Shown piece by piece: positions 20,681-30,434 of a stretch of 64,000 nucleotides of DNA (position 1 is its first letter; each line of letters begins with the position of its first letter). The stretch is from the NCBI GenBank assembly GCA_012522045.1, contig JAAYLC010000198.1, positions 1,797 to 65,796 of the forward strand, written 5' to 3'. The DNA comes from Bacteroidota bacterium (GTDB taxonomy: Bacteria; Bacteroidota; Bacteroidia; Flavobacteriales; Flavobacteriaceae). The notes below the pieces were generated by a model. That model searched no databases. It saw nothing but the letters and a program-made list of their open reading frames with translations, and was not told the origin of the DNA. The translations under genes and the position numbers were made by a program.

Positions 20681-20684
20681 ATTC

Positions 20685-20730
20685 AAAAAAATAAAATAAC
20701 CGTCATTAAGAAAAAAATGACGGTTATTTT
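20685..20730 (-). terminator. hairpin terminator after lpdA (minus strand)
   Basis: AAAATAACCGTCA (20693-20705) pairs with TGACGGTTATTTT (20718-20730). On the minus strand the stem is followed by a T-run. Confidence 0.6.
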
Positions 20731-20767
20731 ATAAATATTAGACTTTTTTAAGCAGTCTTTAAATCAC

Positions 20768-22168
20768 TTAAATGTGAAGCGGTCTGTTATCCGTAGCGGC
20801 CAATGCAGCTTCTTTTACAGCTTCGGCATAAGTTGGGTGCGCATGCGTCATTCGTGCGATGTCTTCTGCACTTGCACGATATTCCATAGCAACTACTGCT
20901 TCTGCAATCAAATCGGCTACACGAGCACCGACCATATGAACTCCCAAAACCTCATCAGTTTCACTGTCTGAGAGAATTTTGACAAATCCGTCAATATCGC
21001 CGCTGGCTCTGCTTCTTCCCAAAGCTCTCATTGGAAATTGTCCGGTTTTGTAGGAGGTATTTGCCTCTTTTAGTTGTTCTTCCGTTTTTCCTACAGATGC
21101 AACTTCAGGCCAGGTATAAACCACACTCGGAATTAAGTCATAGTTAATATGCGGTTTTTGACCCGCAATAATTTCTGCAACCATCACTCCTTCTTCAGAA
21201 GCTTTGTGCGCCAACATAGGTCCTTTTACTACATCGCCAATGGCATAGATGTTTTCAACATTGGTACGTAATTGGTCGTTGACTTCCACTTGACCTCTGT
21301 CTGTAACTTTGATGCCGGCTTTTTCCAAGTTTAATCCGTCGGTATAAGCCCTTCTTCCAACCGACACCAAACAATAATCGCCGGTAATGCTTATTTCCTT
21401 ATCTTTTTTGTCGGTAGCCGTAACGGTTACTTTTTTCCCTTTTGAGGAAACTGCAGAAACCTGATGTGACAAATAGAATTTAATGCCTTGTTTTTTTAAT
21501 ACTTTCAGTAATTCTTTGGATTGTGCGCCATCCATAGTCGGGATGATTTTATCCATATATTCCACGACCGTTACTTCCGCTCCCAAACGGTGGTACACCT
21601 GACCCAATTCCAGTCCGATGACTCCTCCGCCGATAACGATTAAATGCTCAGGAACTTCTTTGAGACTTAATGCTTCGGTAGAAGTAATGATTCGTTTTTT
21701 ATCCAATTTTATAAACGGCAGACTGGAAGGTTTGCTCCCTGTTGCAATGATGCTGTATTTTGCTTCAATTTCTTGAGATTTCTCTCCCTCAATTTTAATG
21801 TGCGTCGTATCTTTGAAGGAGCCGATGCCTTGGTAAACATCGATTTTGTTTTTATTCATCAAATAATCGATGCCTTTGGTTGTCTGTTCAACCACGGAAT
21901 CTTTGCGCTTCATCATTTTCTTGAGATTCAATTTTAAATCGCCCTTAATTTCAATGCCGTGCTCTTCAAAATTCTTGAGCGCGTCTTCGTAATGATGTGA
22001 AGAATCCAATAAAGCTTTACTGGGAATACACCCGACATTTAAACAAGTTCCGCCGAGAACGTCGTATTTTTCAATAATTGCTGTTTTTAATCCTAATTGT
22101 GAGCAGCGTATGGCAGCCACATAACCACCCGGGCCGGAACCTATTACTGCAACATCGTAAGTTTTCAT
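20768..22168 (-). CDS. lpdA: dihydrolipoyl dehydrogenase (E3)
   Basis: GSGPGGY FAD motif, redox-active disulfide GGTCLNVGCIPSK, and a C-terminal HAHPT-type motif (THAHPTYAE). Confidence 0.9.
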   Translation of the reverse strand: MKTYDVAVIGSGPGGYVAAIRCSQLGLKTAIIEKYDVLGGTCLNVGCIPSKALLDSSHHYEDALKNFEEHGIEIKGDLKLNLKKMMKRKDSVVEQTTKGIDYLMNKNKIDVYQGIGSFKDTTHIKIEGEKSQEIEAKYSIIATGSKPSSLPFIKLDKKRIITSTEALSLKEVPEHLIVIGGGVIGLELGQVYHRLGAEVTVVEYMDKIIPTMDGAQSKELLKVLKKQGIKFYLSHQVSAVSSKGKKVTVTATDKKDKEISITGDYCLVSVGRRAYTDGLNLEKAGIKVTDRGQVEVNDQLRTNVENIYAIGDVVKGPMLAHKASEEGVMVAEIIAGQKPHINYDLIPSVVYTWPEVASVGKTEEQLKEANTSYKTGQFPMRALGRSRASGDIDGFVKILSDSETDEVLGVHMVGARVADLIAEAVVAMEYRASAEDIARMTHAHPTYAEAVKEAALAATDNRPLHI

Positions 22169-22237
22169 AAAATGGATTTTAAAAAATAAAACACAAAGGT
22201 AACAGTAAAGTACAGAAATAGAAAACTATCAACCTAC

Positions 22238-22245
22238 TATATTTG
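22238..22245 (+). promoter_or_regulatory. TAnnTTTG -7 element upstream of the PLP-enzyme gene
   Basis: TATATTTG, 76 nt before ATG 22322. Confidence 0.3.
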
Positions 22246-22321
22246 TATAGAAGTTTATTAAATTACTTGGCTTTTGGTGATAATTTTCTCACATTTGTGT
22301 AATTTTAAAATTTACTTAACA

Positions 22322-23521
22322 ATGGCATTTAAACCAGCAGATAAAATACAAGATTTACAATATTTCGGAGAATTTGGAGGCGTCAATCCTTCCATTTCCG
22401 ATTCTTCTACATATACTTTTCTTTCAGCCAAATCTATGGCCGATACCTTTGAAGGAAATACCGAGGGTTGCTATTTGTATTCCCGACATTCATCGCCTTC
22501 CAATCTTTATCTTGGTGAAGCTTTGGCGCAGATGGAAGGAACGGAAAGTGCAAATGTCAGCGCAACCGGAATGGGAGCCATCGCGCCTGCTATTTTGCAA
22601 TTGTGTAAAGCCGGAGACCATATTGTTGCCAGTCGTACCATTTATGGAGGAACTTATGCCTTTTTAAAGAACTTCACGCCGCGTTATAATATTGAAACGA
22701 CCTTTGTTGACATTACCAATCTGGAGCAGGTTGAAAATTCAATCACAGAAAATACGAAGTTTATTTATTGCGAAAGTGTGAGCAACCCGCTTTTGGAAGT
22801 AGCTGATCTTTCCAAACTTACAGAAATCGCTAAAAAACACAATTTAAAATTATTGGTTGACAATACATTCTCGCCTTTGAGCATCACGCCTTCACAACTG
22901 GGAGCGGATGTCGTTTTTCACAGCTTGACCAAATTTATAAACGGAAGCAGCGACACAATGGGAGGAGTTACTTGTGCTACAAAAGAATTCATCGATTTGC
23001 TACGCGATGTGAACGACGGTGCCAACATGCTGCTCGGTCCTGCCTTAGACAGTTTGCGCGCTGCGTCCATTTTAAAAAACCTTCGAACCCTTCACATTCG
23101 TATCAAACAACACAGTAAAAACGCATTGTATCTCGCCGAAAAGTTTGAAAACGACGGACTTCGTGTGGTGTATCCGGGATTAAAATCTCATAAAGACCAC
23201 GAATTGTTCAAGTCTCAAATGAATGAAGAATTTGGTTTCGGCGGAATGCTGACTTTGGATGCCGGAAGCTTGGAAAAAGCAAATGCCTTGATGGAATTGA
23301 TGCAGGAAAGAAATTTGGGATATCTTGCCGTAAGTTTAGGATTTTATAAAACGCTTTTTAGTGCGCCCGGAACTTCTACCTCATCTGAAATACCTGAAGA
23401 TGAACAAGCAGCCATGGGATTGTCGGAAGGCTTGATTCGCATCAGCATTGGTTTGGACAATGACATCGAACGCACGTATCAAATGATGCGCAACTGTATG
23501 AATGAACTTGGAGTTTTGTAA
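22322..23521 (+). CDS. Cys/Met-metabolism PLP-dependent enzyme (methionine gamma-lyase / O-acetylhomoserine sulfhydrylase-like)
   Basis: PLP-lysine context HSLTKFINGSSD. I start it at ATG 22322 (MAFKPADK...) rather than the track's 22274. Confidence 0.75.
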   Translation: MAFKPADKIQDLQYFGEFGGVNPSISDSSTYTFLSAKSMADTFEGNTEGCYLYSRHSSPSNLYLGEALAQMEGTESANVSATGMGAIAPAILQLCKAGDHIVASRTIYGGTYAFLKNFTPRYNIETTFVDITNLEQVENSITENTKFIYCESVSNPLLEVADLSKLTEIAKKHNLKLLVDNTFSPLSITPSQLGADVVFHSLTKFINGSSDTMGGVTCATKEFIDLLRDVNDGANMLLGPALDSLRAASILKNLRTLHIRIKQHSKNALYLAEKFENDGLRVVYPGLKSHKDHELFKSQMNEEFGFGGMLTLDAGSLEKANALMELMQERNLGYLAVSLGFYKTLFSAPGTSTSSEIPEDEQAAMGLSEGLIRISIGLDNDIERTYQMMRNCMNELGVL

Positions 23522-23741
23522 TAGCTCTCATTTATTTCCAGAAAGTAAAAAATATCAGGGGTCTTTATTTTTAGAAGAGTCGCAAATTGTTGCATGTAAA
23601 TACGACGATAATTATGTGCTTCTTATCGCATTAGATTAAGCCATTGCAAGATGTTAGAGCATAAAAGCTTATTTCTTTAAAAAATTAAACTTGCAAAGCT
23701 TTTCTCAAAATCGTAACATTACATTCTATTTCAATTAAATC

Positions 23742-25241
23742 ATGACAACTCAAAACAACCACTCCACCCAACCTCCGGAGGATCAACCTGACGAAAATAG
23801 AGAATTAAGTATCTGGCATGCGCTTATTCCTGTAATCGCATTGATTTTAATGCTGTTTTATAATGTTTTTTATGCTTATGGAGATAGTGCCCTCGATGGG
23901 AGCAATCAATTTATACTGTTATTGGGAGGTGCCGTTGCGGCAATTGTTGGGTTTTTCAACAAGGTGAGCTTTGACAAAATGTTGGATAAAGTTTCAGAGA
24001 ATATCCGGTCTACATCAAGTGCCATCTTAATTTTATTGATGGTAGGCGCTTTGGCAGGAACCTGGTTGATTAGCGGTATCATTCCCACGATGATTTATTA
24101 CGGATTGCAAATATTAAACCCCACGGTTTTTCTGGCATCTTGTGTGGTTATTTGTGCCGTCATTTCCCTGGCAACCGGAAGCAGTTGGACTACTTCCGCC
24201 ACAGTCGGTATTGCACTCATAGGCATTGCAGGCGCTTTGGGAGTACCCTTGGGAATGACCGCCGGAGCTGTTATTTCAGGAGCCTATTTTGGAGATAAAT
24301 TGTCTCCGTTGAGTGATACCACCAATCTCGCGCCGGCGATGGCAGGGACAGATTTGTTTACCCACATTCGTTACATGCTTTATACCACCGTGCCAACCTT
24401 AATTGTGACTCTTATTGTTTTTACTGTTATCGGATTGACTATAGATACGGCGGGAGTTAGTGATACTCATACCATTTCTCAAGCAGTCAAAGAAACTATC
24501 AATGTAAGTCCGTGGTTGTTTATTGTCCCGATTGTTGTTATTGTATTGATCGTTAAGAAAACGTCTCCTTTAATTGCACTCCTCATCGGTACATTATTGG
24601 CAGCATTTGCGGCTTTGATATTTCAACCGGATATCGTTGCCGGAATCGGAGGCGGAACTTCGCTGACCTTCGAAAATGGTTACAAAGGATTGATGAATGC
24701 CATTACCGTAAGCACAGAAATTCCAACTGATAATGAAGCGTTGAAGGATTTATTTTCTTCCGGAGGAATGACCGGAATGTTAAACACCATTTGGCTTATC
24801 ATCTGCGCCATGGCATTTGGTGGAATTATGGACGCCATTGGTGCTTTAGCGGCAATCAGTAAAGCATTGTTAAATTTATTTCACACCACTTTCGGACTAT
24901 TTGCCAGCACGGTAGCGAGTTGCTTGGCATTGAACATCACGGCAAGCGATCAATATCTCGCAATCGTAATTCCGGGAAAAATGTATGCGCAAGCGTTTAA
25001 AGATAAAGGACTGGCTCCCGAAAACCTGTCCAGAACACTCGAAGATTCGGGTACCGTAACTTCCGTGCTTGTTCCTTGGAACACTTGCGGCGCCTATCAA
25101 AGTGGCGTGTTGGGAGTGGACACGGTGCAGTATGCGGGATATGCTATTTTCAACTGGCTCAGTCCCTTTATGACTTTGTTATTTGCAGCTTTCCGAATCA
25201 AAATTCGGCAGCTTTCCAATACGGATAAATCCGTTCTATAG
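23742..25241 (+). CDS. nhaC: Na+/H+ antiporter, NhaC family
   Basis: 499-aa polytopic membrane protein whose length and pattern (GSSWTTSATVGIAL, GAYFGDKLSPLSDTTN) match the NhaC family. Confidence 0.75.
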   Translation: MTTQNNHSTQPPEDQPDENRELSIWHALIPVIALILMLFYNVFYAYGDSALDGSNQFILLLGGAVAAIVGFFNKVSFDKMLDKVSENIRSTSSAILILLMVGALAGTWLISGIIPTMIYYGLQILNPTVFLASCVVICAVISLATGSSWTTSATVGIALIGIAGALGVPLGMTAGAVISGAYFGDKLSPLSDTTNLAPAMAGTDLFTHIRYMLYTTVPTLIVTLIVFTVIGLTIDTAGVSDTHTISQAVKETINVSPWLFIVPIVVIVLIVKKTSPLIALLIGTLLAAFAALIFQPDIVAGIGGGTSLTFENGYKGLMNAITVSTEIPTDNEALKDLFSSGGMTGMLNTIWLIICAMAFGGIMDAIGALAAISKALLNLFHTTFGLFASTVASCLALNITASDQYLAIVIPGKMYAQAFKDKGLAPENLSRTLEDSGTVTSVLVPWNTCGAYQSGVLGVDTVQYAGYAIFNWLSPFMTLLFAAFRIKIRQLSNTDKSVL

Positions 25242-25316
25242 CGCGTGTTTGTTACCATAGCAAAAATCTATTACATTATAAATTATTACATTGAAAATTC
25301 ATGGATTAGAAGGAGC

Positions 25317-25324
25317 TACATTTG
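25317..25324 (+). promoter_or_regulatory. TAnnTTTG -7 element upstream of the peroxiredoxin gene
   Basis: TACATTTG, 42 nt before the ATG. Confidence 0.35.
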
Positions 25325-25366
25325 TAAATTTGTGTCAGAAAAAAATAACTTAAAACACAATAAATT

Positions 25367-25999
25367 ATGTCATTAGTAGGTAAAAAATTTCCAAACATTA
25401 CAGTTGATGCTATGAATGAAATGGGCGACACTTTTAAAATTAACATTTTAGAAGAAGCTCAAAAAAACAAAAAGAAAGTATTACTTTTCTGGTACCCGAA
25501 AGATTTCACGTATGTATGTCCGACAGAAATTCATGCGTTTCAGGAATATTTAAAAGAATTTGAAGACCGCAATACCATGGTAATCGGAGCTTCTTGCGAT
25601 ACTCCCGAAGTGCACTTTGCATGGTTAAACACCTCAAGAGACGACGGTGGAATTGAAGGCGTTACCTATCCTTTATTGGCTGATACGGCTAGAAACTTAT
25701 CAAGTGCGCTCGGTATTCTCGATGCAGAAGAAGAGTATGATGAAGAAACCGATACGTTGTTGGTAAAAGGAGACAACGTAACGTACAGAGCTACGTACTT
25801 GATTGATGAAGAAGGTAAAATTTTCCACGAAAGTGTTAACGATATGCCGCTGGGACGAAACGTAAAAGAGTATATCCGTTTGGTTGATGCCTATACCCAT
25901 GTTCAGGAAAAAGGTGAGGTTTGCCCTGCAAATTGGGAAGAAGGAAAAGAAGCAATGACAGCTTCCAGAGAAGGTGTTTCTGAATATCTTAAAAAATAA
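25367..25999 (+). CDS. typical 2-Cys peroxiredoxin (AhpC/Prx1 type)
   Basis: Peroxidatic Cys in DFTYVCPTE and resolving Cys in EVCPANW. Confidence 0.9.
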   Translation: MSLVGKKFPNITVDAMNEMGDTFKINILEEAQKNKKKVLLFWYPKDFTYVCPTEIHAFQEYLKEFEDRNTMVIGASCDTPEVHFAWLNTSRDDGGIEGVTYPLLADTARNLSSALGILDAEEEYDEETDTLLVKGDNVTYRATYLIDEEGKIFHESVNDMPLGRNVKEYIRLVDAYTHVQEKGEVCPANWEEGKEAMTASREGVSEYLKK

Positions 26000-26004
26000 A
26001 AACT

Positions 26005-26319
26005 ATGTTTGAAGAATTGAAGGAGGACAACTTACAGGAGTTGATTGCGAATGATAAGAACGTTGTAATCCAATATGCTGCCGGATGGTGTGGAAACTGC
26101 AGATTGATGAAACCCAAGTTTAAAAAACTGGCTTCTGAAACTGAGGGATTTAAATTCGTTCTTGTTGACGCAGAAAAATATCCTGAAAGTCGAAAATTGG
26201 CAAAAGTAGACAATCTTCCAACTTTTGCGACTTTTAAAGATGGTGCTTTTGTTAACCAGGTACAGACGAATAAATTTGAAGTTTTAAAAGAATTAGTAGA
26301 TGAAGTTACCGGCAATTAG
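26005..26319 (+). CDS. thioredoxin-family protein
   Basis: 104 aa with active site WCGNC. Starts 5 nt after the peroxiredoxin gene. Confidence 0.85.
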   Translation: MFEELKEDNLQELIANDKNVVIQYAAGWCGNCRLMKPKFKKLASETEGFKFVLVDAEKYPESRKLAKVDNLPTFATFKDGAFVNQVQTNKFEVLKELVDEVTGN

Positions 26320-26548
26320 ACACCTTCAACGCAATAATGAAGTTGAAAAACTTGAGAATTGTATTGAAGTATTGGAATCATACTGTGAATTTAAACGAAT
26401 CACAGAAGAAGAAATGGACGTCATTGGTGAACTGATTACAAACCTTTGCGGTGCAGTGGAAGTTCATAAAATGATTGAAGACGGAATGGCAGAACGAGAT
26501 GCAGCAAATGCATTTGCCAAAAAAGTGTTAGGCTCCATAGACGCTTAA
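26300..26548 (+). CDS. small acidic hypothetical protein
   Basis: 82-aa ORF overlapping the thioredoxin gene by 20 nt and followed by a terminator hairpin. No motif recognised. Confidence 0.45.
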   Translation: MKLPAIRHLQRNNEVEKLENCIEVLESYCEFKRITEEEMDVIGELITNLCGAVEVHKMIEDGMAERDAANAFAKKVLGSIDA

Positions 26549-26572
26549 CGGTCTTGTTTTAAAATTGTAGAG

Positions 26573-26606
26573 AAGCCGCTTCTTAACTGAAGTGGCTTTT
26601 TTATTT
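26573..26606 (+). terminator. rho-independent terminator
   Basis: AAGCCGCTTC (26573-26582) pairs with GAAGTGGCTT (26589-26598, one G-U pair), followed by a T-run. Confidence 0.6.
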
Positions 26607-26856
26607 TTGTTTTAGGAATAACACTTTAATTGCATACATTTGATTCTGAATCACTTTATTTTTTGAATATATTAAATGTTTTATTTCTAATTTATTAGAT
26701 GCTTCTTGCAATTGCATTATTAACAATAAAATTATAAGTTTAAAAATTGGAACGACTCGTATATGGAAAGGTAAAAAATTACACCTTTGTCAATCGAAAT
26801 CTGATTTTATAAATTAGCGATTGAAATGATTTTTTTCAAAAACATACGTACAAAGC

Positions 26857-27228
26857 ATGTGGAAAACCTATATTGGAAAACGTATTAAAGGAGGCGGTTA
26901 TGCGCTTAAAGGTGCATGGCTGCTCTTAAAAAATGAAGCGAGTATTCAAGTTCAAACGGGCATCGGAATTTTTATGACGATTGTGGGATTTTACGTTGGG
27001 ATTTCTCCGACGGAGTGGATGCTTCAAACCTTTGCTATCGGTATGGTACTCAGTATTGAAGGGCTCAACACGGCAGTAGAAGAAATTGCAGATTTTATTC
27101 ATCCCGAATTTCATAAAAAAATAGGATTTATAAAAGACATAGCCGCCGGAGCCGTATGTATGGCTGCCATGGCAGCAATTATCATCGGGTGCATTATCTA
27201 TATCCCTAAACTTAATTCACTTTTATGA
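26857..27228 (+). CDS. dgkA: diacylglycerol kinase (prokaryotic DgkA family)
   Basis: 123 aa, three TM helices, motifs NEASIQVQ and SIEGLNTAVEEIAD. Confidence 0.8.
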   Translation: MWKTYIGKRIKGGGYALKGAWLLLKNEASIQVQTGIGIFMTIVGFYVGISPTEWMLQTFAIGMVLSIEGLNTAVEEIADFIHPEFHKKIGFIKDIAAGAVCMAAMAAIIIGCIIYIPKLNSLL

Positions 27229-27287
27229 GTGCTGAAAAATAGAAATTCAATTTCAAGCGAGCAATCGATTTTCCTATTGCTTATTTG

Positions 27288-27295
27288 TATTTTTG
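27288..27295 (+). promoter_or_regulatory. TAnnTTTG -7 element upstream of ftsK
   Basis: TATTTTTG, 22 nt before the ATG. Confidence 0.35.
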
Positions 27296-27317
27296 CTCAA
27301 AAATTATCGGTTCCTGA

Positions 27318-29738
27318 ATGGCTAAAAGAAAAGAAAAAATAAAACCTGCTACACCTTCTAAAAGAATGAAACTTGCATTGTCTAAAAGACAGCAAGTTAT
27401 CTTGGGGAGTTTCCTCATGTTTTTTGGAATTGCACTCATTCTTTCTTTTGTTTCCTATTTTTTCACTTGGGAACCGGATCAAAGTCAGTTAGGAAATCTC
27501 AGCGAGCGTAAAACAGAAACTTCAAATTTGTTGAGCAAATTCGGCGCTTTTATGGGACATCTTTTTATTTATGACGGTTTCGGAGTCGCAGCATTCATAT
27601 TGGCATTCCTCATCCTGATTAGCGGATGGTATCTGTTTATGAATAAAACCAAAGCACCACTGGTTACGTTTTGGTTTTGGGGATTGCTCCTCATGGTTTG
27701 GTTTTCTGTGTTTTTTGGCTTTTTTCATACAGAACTTGCCCTCTTGGGAGGAGTCATCGGTTTTGAAATGAACGATTATTTACAAGATTATATCGGCGCA
27801 ACAGGAACCGCGCTTTTGCTTGCATTTGTCATGATTTTTTATTTAGTCATGCGCTTAAAAATTACTCCCGATACCATTGTCGGTGCATTTAAATCCTCCA
27901 AAGCAACGCTGAAGGATGAATTGGAAACCTCAAAAGAAATAGAGCAAGAAAGAAATGTTGAAGTTCGTGCTGATCGAAATCCAAAAGAAGAAACAGAAAC
28001 TCCTACGGTAAAAACGTTTAAGCCTGAAGAAGTTTCTTGGTCGAAAAGTACAGCGCAAGGGACGCCGGATGCGGTAAAACAAGAGGGCAGTGAAAGCATT
28101 TCCTTAACACCCGAGCGCGATCAAAGTGCTTCAACACCACAAGTGGAAGTCCAAATGGAAGTTGAAGAAGCACCCGAAGAAGAGGAGATAGCAAGTATCA
28201 GCGAAAAATTGGTTAAAGATTTCGGTCAGTTCGATCCGCGTTTGGAACTGAGTAATTACCGTTTTCCTCCTTTGGATTTATTAAAAGATCATACTTCAGG
28301 ATCGGGAATTACAATCGATCAGGAAGAATTAGAAGAAAATAAAAACAAAATTGTAGAAACGCTCAACAATTACAAAATCGGGATATCGAATATTAAAGCG
28401 ACGGTCGGTCCTACGGTTACGTTGTATGAAATTATTCCGGATGCGGGAATTCGAATTTCAAAAATTAAAAACTTGGAAGATGATATTGCGCTGTCGCTTT
28501 CTGCATTAGGCATTCGGATAATTGCGCCCATTCCCGGTCGGGGTACTATCGGAATTGAAGTGCCCAATAAAAATCCAAAAACCGTTTCGATGCGTTCGGT
28601 GATTGCTTCACAGCGATTTCAAAATGCAGAGATGGAATTGCCTATCGCTTTTGGAAAAACCATCAGCAATGAAACCTTCGTAGCAGATTTGGCAAAAATG
28701 CCTCACTTGCTGATGGCGGGAGCTACCGGTCAAGGAAAATCGGTGGGACTCAATGCAATTCTCACTTCGCTGTTGTATAAAAAACATCCGGCTGAAGTAA
28801 AATTTGTTCTGGTCGATCCCAAGAAAGTCGAACTCACGCTTTTTAATAAAATTGAACGTCATTATTTGGCAAAATTACCGGACAGTGACGAGGCGATTAT
28901 TACCGATACCACCAAAGTCATAAACACGTTAAATTCCCTGTGTATTGAAATGGATGCCCGTTACGACTTGCTCAAAGATGCAATGGTACGGAACATCAAG
29001 GAATACAACCAAAAATTTAAAAATCGCAAACTGAATCCCAATGAGGGACATCGGTTTTTGCCGTATATTGTATTGGTAATCGATGAATTTGCAGATTTGA
29101 TAATGACTGCCGGCAAGGAGGTAGAGACGCCTATTGCCAGACTAGCCCAATTGGCACGTGCCATAGGAATTCATTTGATTATCGCTACCCAACGACCTTC
29201 CGTCAATGTGATTACGGGAATTATCAAAGCTAATTTCCCGGCACGGGTAGCGTTCCGAGTGACCAGTAAAATCGATTCCCGAACCATTCTTGACAACTCC
29301 GGTGCCGACCAATTAATTGGACGCGGAGACATGCTTTATACCCAAGGAAATGAATTGACCCGTTTGCAATGTGCTTTTGTCGATACGCCCGAAGTTGCCG
29401 ATATTGTGGATTTTATCGGCGCTCAAAAGGCATATCCGGAAGCATTGCTTTTACCCGAATATGTAGGAGAAGAAGCTGGCACAACTCTTGATATTGATAT
29501 CGACGACCGTGATCCAAAATTTAGAGAAGCTGCAGAAACAATTGTCATTGCACAATCCGGTTCTACTTCCTTGCTCCAACGGAAATTGAAATTGGGATAC
29601 AACCGAGCAGGAAGAATTATAGACCAATTGGAAGCTGCAGGAATCGTAGGACCTTTTGAAGGCAGCAAAGCAAGAGAGGTGCTCGTTCCGACAATTGATG
29701 CGCTGAATCAGCTTTTAAATGAAGAACAAAACGAATAA
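27318..29738 (+). CDS. ftsK: DNA translocase FtsK/SpoIIIE
   Basis: N-terminal TM helices, an acidic linker, Walker A GATGQGKS, Walker B LVIDEFADL, and a C-terminal winged-helix gamma domain (LLQRKLKLGYNRAGRIIDQLE). Confidence 0.9.
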   Translation: MAKRKEKIKPATPSKRMKLALSKRQQVILGSFLMFFGIALILSFVSYFFTWEPDQSQLGNLSERKTETSNLLSKFGAFMGHLFIYDGFGVAAFILAFLILISGWYLFMNKTKAPLVTFWFWGLLLMVWFSVFFGFFHTELALLGGVIGFEMNDYLQDYIGATGTALLLAFVMIFYLVMRLKITPDTIVGAFKSSKATLKDELETSKEIEQERNVEVRADRNPKEETETPTVKTFKPEEVSWSKSTAQGTPDAVKQEGSESISLTPERDQSASTPQVEVQMEVEEAPEEEEIASISEKLVKDFGQFDPRLELSNYRFPPLDLLKDHTSGSGITIDQEELEENKNKIVETLNNYKIGISNIKATVGPTVTLYEIIPDAGIRISKIKNLEDDIALSLSALGIRIIAPIPGRGTIGIEVPNKNPKTVSMRSVIASQRFQNAEMELPIAFGKTISNETFVADLAKMPHLLMAGATGQGKSVGLNAILTSLLYKKHPAEVKFVLVDPKKVELTLFNKIERHYLAKLPDSDEAIITDTTKVINTLNSLCIEMDARYDLLKDAMVRNIKEYNQKFKNRKLNPNEGHRFLPYIVLVIDEFADLIMTAGKEVETPIARLAQLARAIGIHLIIATQRPSVNVITGIIKANFPARVAFRVTSKIDSRTILDNSGADQLIGRGDMLYTQGNELTRLQCAFVDTPEVADIVDFIGAQKAYPEALLLPEYVGEEAGTTLDIDIDDRDPKFREAAETIVIAQSGSTSLLQRKLKLGYNRAGRIIDQLEAAGIVGPFEGSKAREVLVPTIDALNQLLNEEQNE

Positions 29739-29777
29739 CGTGTCCGAATAAAATTACAAGACAAAATTTGTAATCTC

Positions 29778-30425
29778 ATGAAAAAACTAATTTTAGTCAG
29801 TCTGCTGACATTTGCCTCACTCTCAGCTTTTTCGCAACAAGATTCTCAAGCACAGCAATTGCTTAACGAGGTAACAAAAAAAGTCAGAAGCTACAACAAC
29901 ATTTTAATAGAATTTAAATATTTTATGATCAATCCCGAGAAAAGTATCAAACAAGAAACTCGTGGTGATGTGACATTAGAAGGAAATAAATACGTGTTGA
30001 ATATGATGGGAACTACCCGCATATTTGATGGCAATAAAATTTATACCATCGTTCCCGAAGATGAGGAAGTAACTATTTCAACCTACACCGCCGACAACGA
30101 TGCCGAAATTACTCCCAATAAAATGTTGACTTTTTACGAAAAAGGATACAACGCCCAAATGGACATTCAGCAAAATGTAAAAGGAAGAAAGATTCAGTAC
30201 ATCAAATTGACACCAACCGATTCCAAATCAACCGTTAAAAATGTGTTGTTGGGAATTGATGCACAGACAAAGCATATTTACAAAATGATTCAATCAAACA
30301 AAGAAGGGATGCAGTTTACCGTTACCATCAATTCTTTTAAAACAAATCAACCGCTTTCTAAAACACTTTTTACTTTTGATGAAGACAGATACCGAAACAA
30401 CGGATATTACATAAATAAGCTTTAA
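29778..30425 (+). CDS. lolA: LolA-like outer-membrane lipoprotein carrier protein
   Basis: 215 aa with a signal peptide. Size and the position immediately after ftsK are as usual in Bacteroidota. The call rests on synteny and size only. Confidence 0.6.
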   Translation: MKKLILVSLLTFASLSAFSQQDSQAQQLLNEVTKKVRSYNNILIEFKYFMINPEKSIKQETRGDVTLEGNKYVLNMMGTTRIFDGNKIYTIVPEDEEVTISTYTADNDAEITPNKMLTFYEKGYNAQMDIQQNVKGRKIQYIKLTPTDSKSTVKNVLLGIDAQTKHIYKMIQSNKEGMQFTVTINSFKTNQPLSKTLFTFDEDRYRNNGYYINKL

Positions 30426-30434
30426 TTTTCCCCG

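Noticed and set aside
22169-22321. SAM riboswitch upstream of the Cys/Met PLP enzyme
   Set aside because: The region is AT-rich with no recognisable SAM-I or SAM-II conserved cores or paired helices.
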